Below are positions 18,374 through 27,198 of a stretch of DNA of 64,000 nt, in pieces. The notes beneath the pieces were generated by a model, which did no database searches, had not been told where the DNA came from, and saw only the letters and a list, made by a program, of their open reading frames with translations. The stretch is from Bacteroidota bacterium. GTDB taxonomy: Bacteria; Bacteroidota; Rhodothermia; Rhodothermales; UBA10348. Numbering within the stretch: the first letter of the stretch is position 1; every line of letters starts with the position of its first letter. A program made the translations under genes and the position numbers. The stretch is from NCBI GenBank assembly GCA_027622005.1, contig JAQBZH010000003.1, positions 41,532 to 105,531 of the forward strand, given 5' to 3'.

Positions 18374-20946
18374 TGAAACCGTACAAGCATACACCGCCGC
18401 CTCGATGGGCCACTTTTGTGCTCAATCTGCTGCTTCCGGACGAAGTTCAAACTCCGGCCGGAGATTATGAAGAGTATTACAGCTCCATCGCCCACGAAAA
18501 AGGCTCTGCGGCTGCCAAACGGTGGTATGCCATGCAGCTGTTTAGACTCATCCCCGAAATAATTATTGCCAAACTGTATTGGAGTCTTGTCATGTGGAAA
18601 AACTACCTATTAGTCGGCCGACGTAATCTTCTGAAAAACAAAGTCGCGGCCTCCATCAACCTGTTCGGACTTTCCGTGGCCATTGCGGCCTGTGTAGCTG
18701 TTTTTCTATTCGTAAAGGACTTTGCTACGGTCGATCGATTCCAGGAAAACGGGGATCGGATCTATATGATTACGCACGATGTGCCCGAAAACGACGGGTT
18801 TGCTACCTGGGGAACCTCTCCTATACCTCTCGGCCCGGCCCTCAAAGCGGAATTTCCTCAGGTCGAGGAGTTTACCCGGATTAAATACCGCAGAGCCATG
18901 TTCGAATACAGTGGAAAATCTCTGTCGGAAAACATTGTTTTTGCGGATGATGGATTTTTCAACATGCTCACGTTTCCGCTTCGTTTAGGGCGTCCGGAAG
19001 CCCTGAAGGACGAATCTACGGTCATCATCAGTGAATCCATTGCCGAGAAATACTTCGGAAGCAAAGACCCGCTGGGCGAGGTCATCACGCTATCTTTTGA
19101 GGGTAATAATACCCAAGCGTTTGTAGTCGGAGGCGTGGCCGAAAAAATTCCATCTAATTCTGGATTCCGTTTCAACGTCCTGATTTCCGCCAACAACCCT
19201 AATGCCCTGCCCACAGAAGCCAGAAACGATTGGGGGCAGTTTGTAGAGGCCACGCTTATCCAATTGGTGCCGGGTTCAAGTCTCGAATCCATTCAAGCAG
19301 CGATGCCGCGCTTTATTGCCCTTCAAAATGCAGCGAACGTGGATTGGCCCATCTCATCGTTTGGGTTCGAAAACCTGCGACACAAAGGCATTATGGCGTT
19401 TATGGTCCGAAATCGGGTCATTTACGCCGTAGAATGGCCATTCATGATTGTTTTTGCGCTTATTCCACTGTTTATGCTCGCTTTGTCGTGCATCAACTAC
19501 GTCAATATTACGCTTGCGAGCGCACTGCGGCGACTAAAGGAAATCGGCATACGAAAAGTGGTTGGCGGAAGCCGGAAACAGCTAATCATGCAGTTTTTGG
19601 CTGAAAACATGATTCTTTGCTTCATTTCGCTCATCATGGGCGCAATCCTAGCGATCGCGTTTTTAGTACCTGTATTCAACAATCTTTTTGTTGAGCAGAT
19701 CGATTTGCGGGTAGCAGGGGACTGGGGGCTTTGGATCTTTTTATTCGTGTTGCTGATTTTTGTCGGCTTCGTTTCTGGAGCTTATCCCGCCTTTTATATC
19801 TCGTCATTTGAGCCCTCTTCTATTCTTCGGGGTCAGGAAAAAGTCAACCGAACCGCCTGGTTGACCAAAACGCTAATGACCATACAATTCGCGCTAGCGT
19901 TTATCACGGTAGTCGTCTCGGTCTATTTGGCCCAAAATAACGAACATTTGATGACGGTTGACTGGGGGTACAAGCCTGACAACACCATGGTCGTTCGGCT
20001 ATCCGGACAAGACCAATTCGGCCTTTTGGCTGCCGACCTTCAGCAATATCCGCAAATTGAAGTGATTTCAGGCGCCCAGCACCATATCGGGGAAGGAGGT
20101 GACGCCTCGAGAGTCAATATTGAAGGCGCGGAGTCGACCGTCAGAAGAATTGCTGTGGGGGACAATTACTTTCAATCCATGGGAATTACGATTCGCGATG
20201 GCCGCGAGTTTACCGAAAACTATTCGCAGCCCGATAGCGCAAATGTGTTGGTCAATCAGGCGTTTCTGGATGACGCCGGTTGGACTGATATCACGGACAA
20301 ATCGTTTCGCTTGGACGGACGGAACGTGGCAATCATCGGATTGATTGACAATATTCTGACGACTCCCATAGGAGCAACTTTCCCCATCGTTTTTACGAAC
20401 GCAGCGCCTTCCCACTACTCTGTAGCGACCTTAAAAGTACCAGGCGGTTTTGATCCATCAGTTACTGAAAGTAGCTGGAAGCGGCTTTATCCAACCGCTG
20501 ACTTCTCGTATTACTTTCAAAATGAAGTCTTTGACAGTAGCTACAACTCCATGCGCAAGATGAACAAGATGTTCTTGTTGATTGCGCTGCTCTCGTTGGT
20601 TATAGCAAGTATGGGACTTTTTGGACTGGCTTCTCAAAACGCTGTGACCCGAATGAAGGAAATGGCGGTTCGAAAATCGTTGGGAGCAAGCTCGGCAAAC
20701 CTCGCCTACGAACTCAATCGCAAATTTGGATTCCGATTGGTATTGGCTGCCTCCATTTCTTCCGTTTTGTGCTTTACTGGAGTCAATTGGCTGTTGAGCC
20801 AGTTTCCATCGGAGAACATCGCGCTGGGTCCAATACCACTTACAGCGGCCTTTGTGTTGGTTTTCGTGACAGCAGCCGTCGCGGTCTTTTTCCAATCCAG
20901 AAAAATCGCGCTTATCAATCCCGCCGAAGTGTTGAAGACGGACTAA
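18373..20946 (+). CDS. FtsX/MacB-type ABC-transporter permease with an N-terminal permease-prefix region
   Basis: The ATG at 18373 shares its A with the PadR stop (TAATG). There are two FtsX-type four-TM modules (IGIRKVVGGSRKQLIMQFLAENM.. and MAVRKSLGASSANLAYEL..) separated by large extracytoplasmic MacB-like domains. No ATPase gene is adjacent. Confidence 0.85.
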   Translation: MKPYKHTPPPRWATFVLNLLLPDEVQTPAGDYEEYYSSIAHEKGSAAAKRWYAMQLFRLIPEIIIAKLYWSLVMWKNYLLVGRRNLLKNKVAASINLFGLSVAIAACVAVFLFVKDFATVDRFQENGDRIYMITHDVPENDGFATWGTSPIPLGPALKAEFPQVEEFTRIKYRRAMFEYSGKSLSENIVFADDGFFNMLTFPLRLGRPEALKDESTVIISESIAEKYFGSKDPLGEVITLSFEGNNTQAFVVGGVAEKIPSNSGFRFNVLISANNPNALPTEARNDWGQFVEATLIQLVPGSSLESIQAAMPRFIALQNAANVDWPISSFGFENLRHKGIMAFMVRNRVIYAVEWPFMIVFALIPLFMLALSCINYVNITLASALRRLKEIGIRKVVGGSRKQLIMQFLAENMILCFISLIMGAILAIAFLVPVFNNLFVEQIDLRVAGDWGLWIFLFVLLIFVGFVSGAYPAFYISSFEPSSILRGQEKVNRTAWLTKTLMTIQFALAFITVVVSVYLAQNNEHLMTVDWGYKPDNTMVVRLSGQDQFGLLAADLQQYPQIEVISGAQHHIGEGGDASRVNIEGAESTVRRIAVGDNYFQSMGITIRDGREFTENYSQPDSANVLVNQAFLDDAGWTDITDKSFRLDGRNVAIIGLIDNILTTPIGATFPIVFTNAAPSHYSVATLKVPGGFDPSVTESSWKRLYPTADFSYYFQNEVFDSSYNSMRKMNKMFLLIALLSLVIASMGLFGLASQNAVTRMKEMAVRKSLGASSANLAYELNRKFGFRLVLAASISSVLCFTGVNWLLSQFPSENIALGPIPLTAAFVLVFVTAAVAVFFQSRKIALINPAEVLKTD

Positions 20947-21070
20947 ATCTGTATCCTGGGTGCCGATTTCGGCGGTGTCTGTTCGAATTGAACGCAACTT
21001 CAACAGTTCGGGTGTTTAATACCTGAATCGTCCTCCCTATCTTGCCGAGGTAATCAATTAGACACACAAG

Positions 21071-21247
21071 ATGAAGTACGAAACGAAAGCCATTATTGGA
21101 TGGGCTCTCCCTATGTTCACCATTCCGGCGATGCCAGCGATGGCCGCTTCGGTCGCTGAACCAACCGTCCCACTTATTTTAGGCGTTGCCTTTGTCATTG
21201 GCAGCGTTTCTTATTTTATCGGGACTATGTTTAAGGACGAAGAATAG
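21071..21247 (+). CDS. Hypothetical 58-aa membrane peptide
   Basis: An ATG-initiated ORF below the track cutoff: MKYETKAIIGWALPMFTIPAMPAMAASVAEPTVPLILGVAFVIGSVSYFIGTMFKDEE, with two hydrophobic stretches. No family is recognised. Confidence 0.3.
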   Translation: MKYETKAIIGWALPMFTIPAMPAMAASVAEPTVPLILGVAFVIGSVSYFIGTMFKDEE

Positions 21248-21267
21248 GGTTTAAGGACGAAGAATAG
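21229..21267 (+). repeat. Perfect tandem duplication of a 19-mer (period 20) spanning the stop codon of the 58-aa ORF
   Basis: GTTTAAGGACGAAGAATAG occurs at 21229-21247 and again at 21249-21267, separated by one G. Confidence 0.95.
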
Positions 21268-21320
21268 TCCGGCGTTTTCTGGGGATATTTCGCGCCTAAT
21301 AGATCCGGGTGGCTCAGGCC

Positions 21321-22994
21321 CTAGATCCAAAAACTGAAGTAGAGATAAATACCGGCAACAAGGCCAAGTACGACCGCGGTTCCGACGACTTCTTTCCAAC
21401 CCCAACTTGCCCGATTTTCAGCTTTTTGGGCATCCGTAACCGTTCCGAACACGAGCCCTTCCACCTTCGCTGCAGTCGGCGCGACCGTCAAATAGGAAAT
21501 GATGACGATCAAGATGACCGAAAACAAGAATAAGACCCCAGCGAAGTAATACCCATTGAATGCTCCAATGGCGCCGAGCAAGGTTTCTCGGTCGATAGAT
21601 CCGCTCTGAAGCAAGGTCTGGACGGTTAATTTGAACATGCCGACCACAAATCCGACTACTAAGCCATAAAACGCGCCTGAAGAGTTGATCCGTTTGTTAA
21701 AAATGCCCAATAGGAATACGGCCGTAATAGGAGGGGCTAGGAAGCCTTGAACGTTTTGTAAGTAGTCATAGAGTCCGTTATTTCCCTCCGAAATCTCCTT
21801 CATGATCGGAATCCAGAGTAACCCAAACCCAACGACCACGCCCGTTGCGATGCGTCCAACCTTGACCAAATGACTTTGCTGTTTGCCCGGACGCAGCTTT
21901 TCATATATATCAACGGTAAATAGCGTGGCGCAGGAATTAAAGAGTGATGCCAGCGAACTCATGAGAGCTGATAGCAATCCGCCTACTACGAGTCCGCGCA
22001 GTCCGACGGGCAATAAATTGGCTACCATCGATGGGAAAACCATGTCTCCCATCACCTTTCCGTTTTCGTCAAGTGGAATTGGAAGCAGCCCTTTGGATTG
22101 AAGCGCATAACCGATCATCCCGGGAATCAAAAAAATGAACACCGGCCAGACCTTTAGAAAGCCACCAAAAATGGCGCCGCGACGGGCGTCTTGAAGCGTC
22201 CTCGCCGAAAGAGTTCGCTGGACGATGTACTGGTCCGTACACCAATACCATATTCCTATAATGGGCGACGCAATCATAACCCCCAACCATGGAAAATTGG
22301 GGTCACTATTAGGGCGCCAGAGGGCAAACTGGTCGGCATTCGCCGCGATAGAAAGCTTCAATTCCCCCCATCCGCCAAGCAAAGACAGCCCGAAATACGT
22401 AATAAATACCGAGCCAATCAGGAGCAACCCCGTCTGCATGACTTCGGTGTAAACCACCGCACGCAGGCCTCCAAAAACCGTGTAAATGCCCGTTAAAACG
22501 ACGGTAGTGATGGCTCCTACCCAAAACGCATTGTCCGGAGTGCCAAACGTAAAGGGAAGTAGCGTCCGAAACACCAATGCCCCCGCGTACACCGTGACGG
22601 ACACTTTTGTTAGCACATACGCGATCAACGACACAATCGAAAGGACCCAGCGAGAACGTGCGTCAAACCGTTTTTCGAGAAACTCGGGCATCGTAAAAAC
22701 GCCCGCTCGGTAGTAAAAAGGCACAAACACCCACGCGAGCATGATCATTATCCATGCGTGGAGTTCCCAATGTGCCTGTGCCATCCCGTTCGTAGCCCCG
22801 CTGCCAGCAAGTCCTACAATGTGTTCCGACCCAATGTTGGAAGCAAAAAGGGATGCTCCAACAGCAAACCACCCAATGTCGCGCCCGGCTAAAAAGTAGT
22901 CCGTTGTGGTGGCCTGTCGCCGCGACGACCACCACACAATGGCCACAATAACCAGAAAGTACGCTCCAATAATAATCCAGTCGATGGGTGCCAT
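21321..22994 (-). CDS. Sodium:solute symporter (SSS/SGLT family)
   Basis: YFLAGRDIGWFAVGASLFASNIGSEHIVGLAGSG, about 14 hydrophobic segments and an SGLT-like length of 557 aa. Confidence 0.9.
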   Translation of the reverse strand: MAPIDWIIIGAYFLVIVAIVWWSSRRQATTTDYFLAGRDIGWFAVGASLFASNIGSEHIVGLAGSGATNGMAQAHWELHAWIMIMLAWVFVPFYYRAGVFTMPEFLEKRFDARSRWVLSIVSLIAYVLTKVSVTVYAGALVFRTLLPFTFGTPDNAFWVGAITTVVLTGIYTVFGGLRAVVYTEVMQTGLLLIGSVFITYFGLSLLGGWGELKLSIAANADQFALWRPNSDPNFPWLGVMIASPIIGIWYWCTDQYIVQRTLSARTLQDARRGAIFGGFLKVWPVFIFLIPGMIGYALQSKGLLPIPLDENGKVMGDMVFPSMVANLLPVGLRGLVVGGLLSALMSSLASLFNSCATLFTVDIYEKLRPGKQQSHLVKVGRIATGVVVGFGLLWIPIMKEISEGNNGLYDYLQNVQGFLAPPITAVFLLGIFNKRINSSGAFYGLVVGFVVGMFKLTVQTLLQSGSIDRETLLGAIGAFNGYYFAGVLFLFSVILIVIISYLTVAPTAAKVEGLVFGTVTDAQKAENRASWGWKEVVGTAVVLGLVAGIYLYFSFWI

Positions 22995-23058
22995 GTTAGT
23001 CGGATTTATGGATGATGCAGGAATCTAGGCCGAGAAGGCGATGACCAAGGAATAGCTC

Positions 23059-24507
23059 TCAGGCATGGTGGTAGACTTCCCAGTCCAGATACTTTTCAAA
23101 CGCTTCTTTGAGAACGCCCGCTACATTGGCTCTCGTGGCCGCTACGTGATGCTCAAAACCCTCGTTGCAGATGTATTGAAGCAGTTTTTGAAGATTATTG
23201 ACTTGGAAAACACCGTATCCACCAAAGGTCTTGAGGGTGTCCTCGGTGAAATGGGCTTCGCCCACATAGGCCCGGATGCGGCCCTGAAGATCGTCGGTAG
23301 TGACCCTAGCATACGAAAACGGACCCGCGGCGACGCGGCCCACAATCGTCCCATACGTGTTTTCTTTGCCTACCGACCCAGCAATGATCTCCTGATAATC
23401 CATTTTATGATCTGCAAAGAAGGCCTTGGGGAGATTTGAACAGTGGAAAACGACCCCTTTGTTCGGATCATCACCAAAGTTGTTGTTCCAATCGAGAAGT
23501 GCGGCGGGCTTGAGAGCCGCTTGTTGAAGAGCAAACATACTTAATACGCCGGCCACATCGGCCTCGCAGGCGCTAGCCATCAAGTTGTTACTCATCATGC
23601 TCATGCACGTGCATGGGACTACGCCATAGAACTCTTGAAGCGCGGTCCAGCACTGGATGGCGGTGGCGTCGAGTTGGTGTTCATTGACAAACCGGTCGAT
23701 GGCAACGGCCAACTTAGCCTGCATCAACAGCCGATCTTCCGGTATGCGGGACGTTTCCGTATATGCCCGTATCTCTTCTAATTTCGTTTTTACCGGGACG
23801 TCGGTCAGGGTCATAGGCCGAATCCAGCCCAAAAGCTCCGACAGGTCAAGGGTCTCGACGCTGATTCCTGAACGCTCCAGCAGCTTTTCGCTGTATCGAA
23901 CCGTGTTGAAGGCAGCAGGACGAGCCCCAATCTGTCCAAATCGCGCCCCTTTTATCGACTTCACCACACGACAAGTGGCTGCAAAGTCCGATAGGTCTCT
24001 TTTGAATTCGGGTGATGAAGGGTCCATGGTGTGCTCCGACGTCAGCGAATATCGAATGCCGTACTGTCGGAGGTTGTTACACGCCGACATCTTGCCACAA
24101 AAGCTATCCCTGCGGAATGCAATGGACATTTCGGTCGTTATATCTTTAAAAGCGTGCACGAGGACCGGCACGTCTAGGCCCGAAAACCGGATGGTATTGG
24201 CCACGGCGCGTTCATCACCAAAATTAGGAAGGGTCACCAAAATACCGTCAATCGCGTCCCGGTTGGCCTTAAACAGATCCGCACAGATGCGCGACTCATT
24301 TAGGCTTTCGACGGCGCCGTGCGAGGTATCCTCGACGGGGACAATAACCACATTTATGCCAAGTTCTTTCAGCGTTGCCAAAATCTGCTCCCGCCCGGAA
24401 ACGCAAAGGTGTTTCGGAAAGAAACCGCGGTTGCCCACAATAACCCCTAAAGTTACCGGGCGATTGGGCGCCGAGCGTGGGGCGCTGGGGTGAACGAGCT
24501 GTGTCAT
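23059..24507 (-). CDS. L-fucose isomerase-family sugar isomerase
   Basis: ATG at 24507 (MTQLVHPS..). VTLGVIVGNRGFFPKHLC..., ILVTLPNFGDERA and a C-terminal FEHHVAATRANV resemble the FucI/AraA-like superfamily. The substrate is unknown. Confidence 0.75.
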   Translation of the reverse strand: MTQLVHPSAPRSAPNRPVTLGVIVGNRGFFPKHLCVSGREQILATLKELGINVVIVPVEDTSHGAVESLNESRICADLFKANRDAIDGILVTLPNFGDERAVANTIRFSGLDVPVLVHAFKDITTEMSIAFRRDSFCGKMSACNNLRQYGIRYSLTSEHTMDPSSPEFKRDLSDFAATCRVVKSIKGARFGQIGARPAAFNTVRYSEKLLERSGISVETLDLSELLGWIRPMTLTDVPVKTKLEEIRAYTETSRIPEDRLLMQAKLAVAIDRFVNEHQLDATAIQCWTALQEFYGVVPCTCMSMMSNNLMASACEADVAGVLSMFALQQAALKPAALLDWNNNFGDDPNKGVVFHCSNLPKAFFADHKMDYQEIIAGSVGKENTYGTIVGRVAAGPFSYARVTTDDLQGRIRAYVGEAHFTEDTLKTFGGYGVFQVNNLQKLLQYICNEGFEHHVAATRANVAGVLKEAFEKYLDWEVYHHA

Positions 24508-24651
24508 ACGATTACTATGATCTGGTACTGGATTGCACGACAAGTTCGGCGTCAAACACGACCCGTTTACTGTGTGAATCGGTGAGTGATAAAATTTGTT
24601 TGGCCGAGGAAGACGGCTCAATAATTGCAGGCATTATGGGCTCAAGAGTGG

Positions 24652-25446
24652 TCAAAAAGCGTCTTGAGAAAGCGTTCTTTCATTGAGCGGTTGGACCGGT
24701 CGATTCGTCCCAGGAAACAACGCAACGTATTGGGCAATTTGTTCGGCTGAAAGTTGAATTTTCTGGGTCATTACTAACCAGGTTACTCCCTCCGAGCAAG
24801 GCGGAGTAGTTAGTGATCCGTCGTACCGATAAGTCGTGCGCCGGGTTGGAAGGAAATCGTTTGCGTTTACCGTGATTCCTTCTGGGCTAACGGTAGCCCC
24901 CTCTTCCACGGGAATTGCCGCAAGAACAGCATCGAACGCGGGATGGCTGGATCCTTCCTCTACTAAGAGCCCCACAACGGCCAGCGAGCCATCGGCAGCT
25001 TGGTGAACGAGATGCACTTCAAGGGGTGTATGTGCGCCGTCAATGGTGTGTTCGGACGCGCTGTGAAAATGAAATTGAAGCAATTGATAGATTTTGCCAT
25101 CCACTTGAAGACTGCTCCCCGCGGCGTAACTAGCCTGTGCGGTGTGCCCGTTATTCGTCTCATGTAGGGGCGAAGATTGATATATGAAAACAGGGTCTTC
25201 GAGGTCCGATAAGGCGGCGGCTGTTAGGTTGATGGGGGACTGGGCCCTCCCCGCGGAGCAGGCCGCCCACTCGGTATTTAAACCGCCCCAATGGGTAGAC
25301 CCTGTTTCTCCCTCATAGGTCCAGGAATGAGCACCGGAGTCTGCAGCGGGCTCATGGTCGGTTTTTGAAGCGCACCCCAGGAAAGTCAAACAGCCTAAAA
25401 AAAGCAGCGTAGATCCAATTCTGTACGTAACGGTCGTTGGTATCAT
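24652..25446 (-). CDS. Alpha-class carbonic anhydrase, lipoprotein or periplasmic
   Basis: WTYEG..HWG, QSPINL, zinc ligands in QFHFHSASEH and LEVHLVH, and LTTPPCSEGVTWLV. The signal peptide carries the lipobox FLGC. Confidence 0.9.
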   Translation of the reverse strand: MIPTTVTYRIGSTLLFLGCLTFLGCASKTDHEPAADSGAHSWTYEGETGSTHWGGLNTEWAACSAGRAQSPINLTAAALSDLEDPVFIYQSSPLHETNNGHTAQASYAAGSSLQVDGKIYQLLQFHFHSASEHTIDGAHTPLEVHLVHQAADGSLAVVGLLVEEGSSHPAFDAVLAAIPVEEGATVSPEGITVNANDFLPTRRTTYRYDGSLTTPPCSEGVTWLVMTQKIQLSAEQIAQYVALFPGTNRPVQPLNERTLSQDAF

Positions 25447-25461
25447 AAAAATTAGTCCTGT

Positions 25462-26538
25462 TTATCGGCTATCAGAATTAGTAGAAAACGAGTACACGGT
25501 TCTAGTGGAATAAACGTCTCCCGGCCTCAGGATAATAGAAGGAAACGTCGGTTGATTGGGCGAATCGGGAAAATGCTGCGTTTCCAAACAAAATCCCGAT
25601 CGGTGGGCGTAGGGGCGACCAGCTTTTCCCATCAAGGTACCGTCTAGAAAGTTACCCGCGTAAAACTGTATGCCCGGCTCTGTCGTGGTCACTTCCATGA
25701 TGCGACCACTTTGCCTCTCAAACACCCGTGCGGCCAGTTTGAGATGAGTGCCTTGTTCGGTAAGAACAAAATTATGGTCGTAGCCCAGTCCGTTTATGAT
25801 CTGTTGATCTTCCGCGTCAATTCGCAACCCAATCGAAATCGGTGAACGAAAATCCATTGGCGTGCCTTGAACGGACTGAATTTGCCCCGTTGGAATAAAC
25901 TCGCTGTCGATGGGGGTGAAATGATCCGCTGGAATCATCAGTTCGTGGTCCAGAATAGAGTCGGACAATGGACCCGCAAGATTGAAATACGAATGATGCG
26001 TCAGATTGACGGGTGTGGCTTTGTCAGTGGTCGCTTCGTAGGTAATGCTCAGTTGATTAGTGGCCGAAAGCACATAGGTTACCGTTACCGACAACGTACC
26101 TGGGTAGCCTTCTTCACCGTCAGGACTGGTATAGGTAAACACCAGGCCCAAATCATCACCCGAAGAAAAAGGAAGCGCATTCCACAGCACTTTGTCAAAG
26201 CCGGTAATGCCTCCGTGGAGATGGTTTTCCCCAGTGTTGGCTGCTAAATGGTACGTTTCACCGTCCAAGCTAAACTCCGCTTTCCCGATACGATTGCCAC
26301 ATCGTCCGATAATCGACCCAAAATAGGGGCTTGCAGTCAGATAGGCGTCCAAGTGGCTGAAGCCCAACACCACGTCTTCCTGAACGCCATTTCGATCCGG
26401 GGCCGTCAATGAAACGATGATACCGCCGTAGTTCGTCACGCGCATTTCTATTCCAGAGGCACTTTGGATGGTGAAAAGCGACACCATTCGCCCATCCGGC
26501 AATTCACCAAAATCCGAAACGGTAATACCTGGAGTCAT
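25462..26538 (-). CDS. galM: Aldose 1-epimerase (galactose mutarotase)
   Basis: ATG at 26538. GGIIVSLTAPDRNG...DVVLGF, GRCGNRI..F.LDG..Y.L..N.G.N.LHGG and THHSYFNL are the mutarotase hallmarks. Confidence 0.85.
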   Translation of the reverse strand: MTPGITVSDFGELPDGRMVSLFTIQSASGIEMRVTNYGGIIVSLTAPDRNGVQEDVVLGFSHLDAYLTASPYFGSIIGRCGNRIGKAEFSLDGETYHLAANTGENHLHGGITGFDKVLWNALPFSSGDDLGLVFTYTSPDGEEGYPGTLSVTVTYVLSATNQLSITYEATTDKATPVNLTHHSYFNLAGPLSDSILDHELMIPADHFTPIDSEFIPTGQIQSVQGTPMDFRSPISIGLRIDAEDQQIINGLGYDHNFVLTEQGTHLKLAARVFERQSGRIMEVTTTEPGIQFYAGNFLDGTLMGKAGRPYAHRSGFCLETQHFPDSPNQPTFPSIILRPGDVYSTRTVYSFSTNSDSR

Positions 26539-26652
26539 TCTTTTTGACCGACAATGTAGCAACGTCTTTGTGGGCAATCGAGCCGTTGTAACCATTTTCT
26601 TACTAGTGCGCTATACAATTGCATTGATTCCCCCCTTAATTGGTTAAAATAG

Positions 26653-27096
26653 ATGAAATCTGCCATTCTGTCTCTGCTTCTCCTCGCCACGTTGGCCTCC
26701 ACGGCTACGGCTCAAAAAAAGATCAATCCAAAAGATTTGGAAGGCACGACCTGGGAAATGGTTTTTGACCTGAAGAAAGAGGCGAACAACGCCATCGAAC
26801 GCATTGCCCTGAGCGCTGTTGGCGGATTTATGGAAGAAATTGATATTCGATTTGATTTTAGAAAGGACGGAGCTCTGCGTGTTCGGGTCGACGCGTTTGG
26901 TGAAAAGGATGATGAAGTCGACTATTCAACGTGGGAAGTTAATAGTAAGGGTCAGCTCCGGATGGGCAAAACCGAAACGTTTGGTTCAGAGGATACCCTC
27001 TTTATGCGCGATGGCGACCGCCTCATGGCATACGAGCGAAATAATGGCAAACTCGAACGCAAACACAGCTTTTATTTGGTTCGCGTAGACAACTAA
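26653..27096 (+). CDS. Hypothetical secreted protein (lipocalin-like size)
   Basis: It has a cleavable signal peptide (MKSAILSLLLLATLASTATAQ) and coding-like composition. No family is recognised. Confidence 0.55.
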   Translation: MKSAILSLLLLATLASTATAQKKINPKDLEGTTWEMVFDLKKEANNAIERIALSAVGGFMEEIDIRFDFRKDGALRVRVDAFGEKDDEVDYSTWEVNSKGQLRMGKTETFGSEDTLFMRDGDRLMAYERNNGKLERKHSFYLVRVDN

Positions 27097-27198
27097 AACG
27101 CTGAAAGCTAGTCCCTCGAACGGGTCGATCTTTTCTAATCCCTAAAGACAATTTCAACGAATATCGTAGATTGGTTATCACATCAGCCTACCGATTCA

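Noticed and set aside
23657-24493. Long antisense shadow ORFs inside well-supported genes. This 278-aa one lies opposite the FucI-like gene; others are at 20458-21003, 28213-28746, 45450-45935, 17312-17761 and 35152-35547
   Set aside because: They are Ser/Arg/Pro-rich low-complexity translations with no recognisable motifs, and each is fully embedded opposite a gene with strong family signatures. This is typical of shadow ORFs in sequence of this composition.
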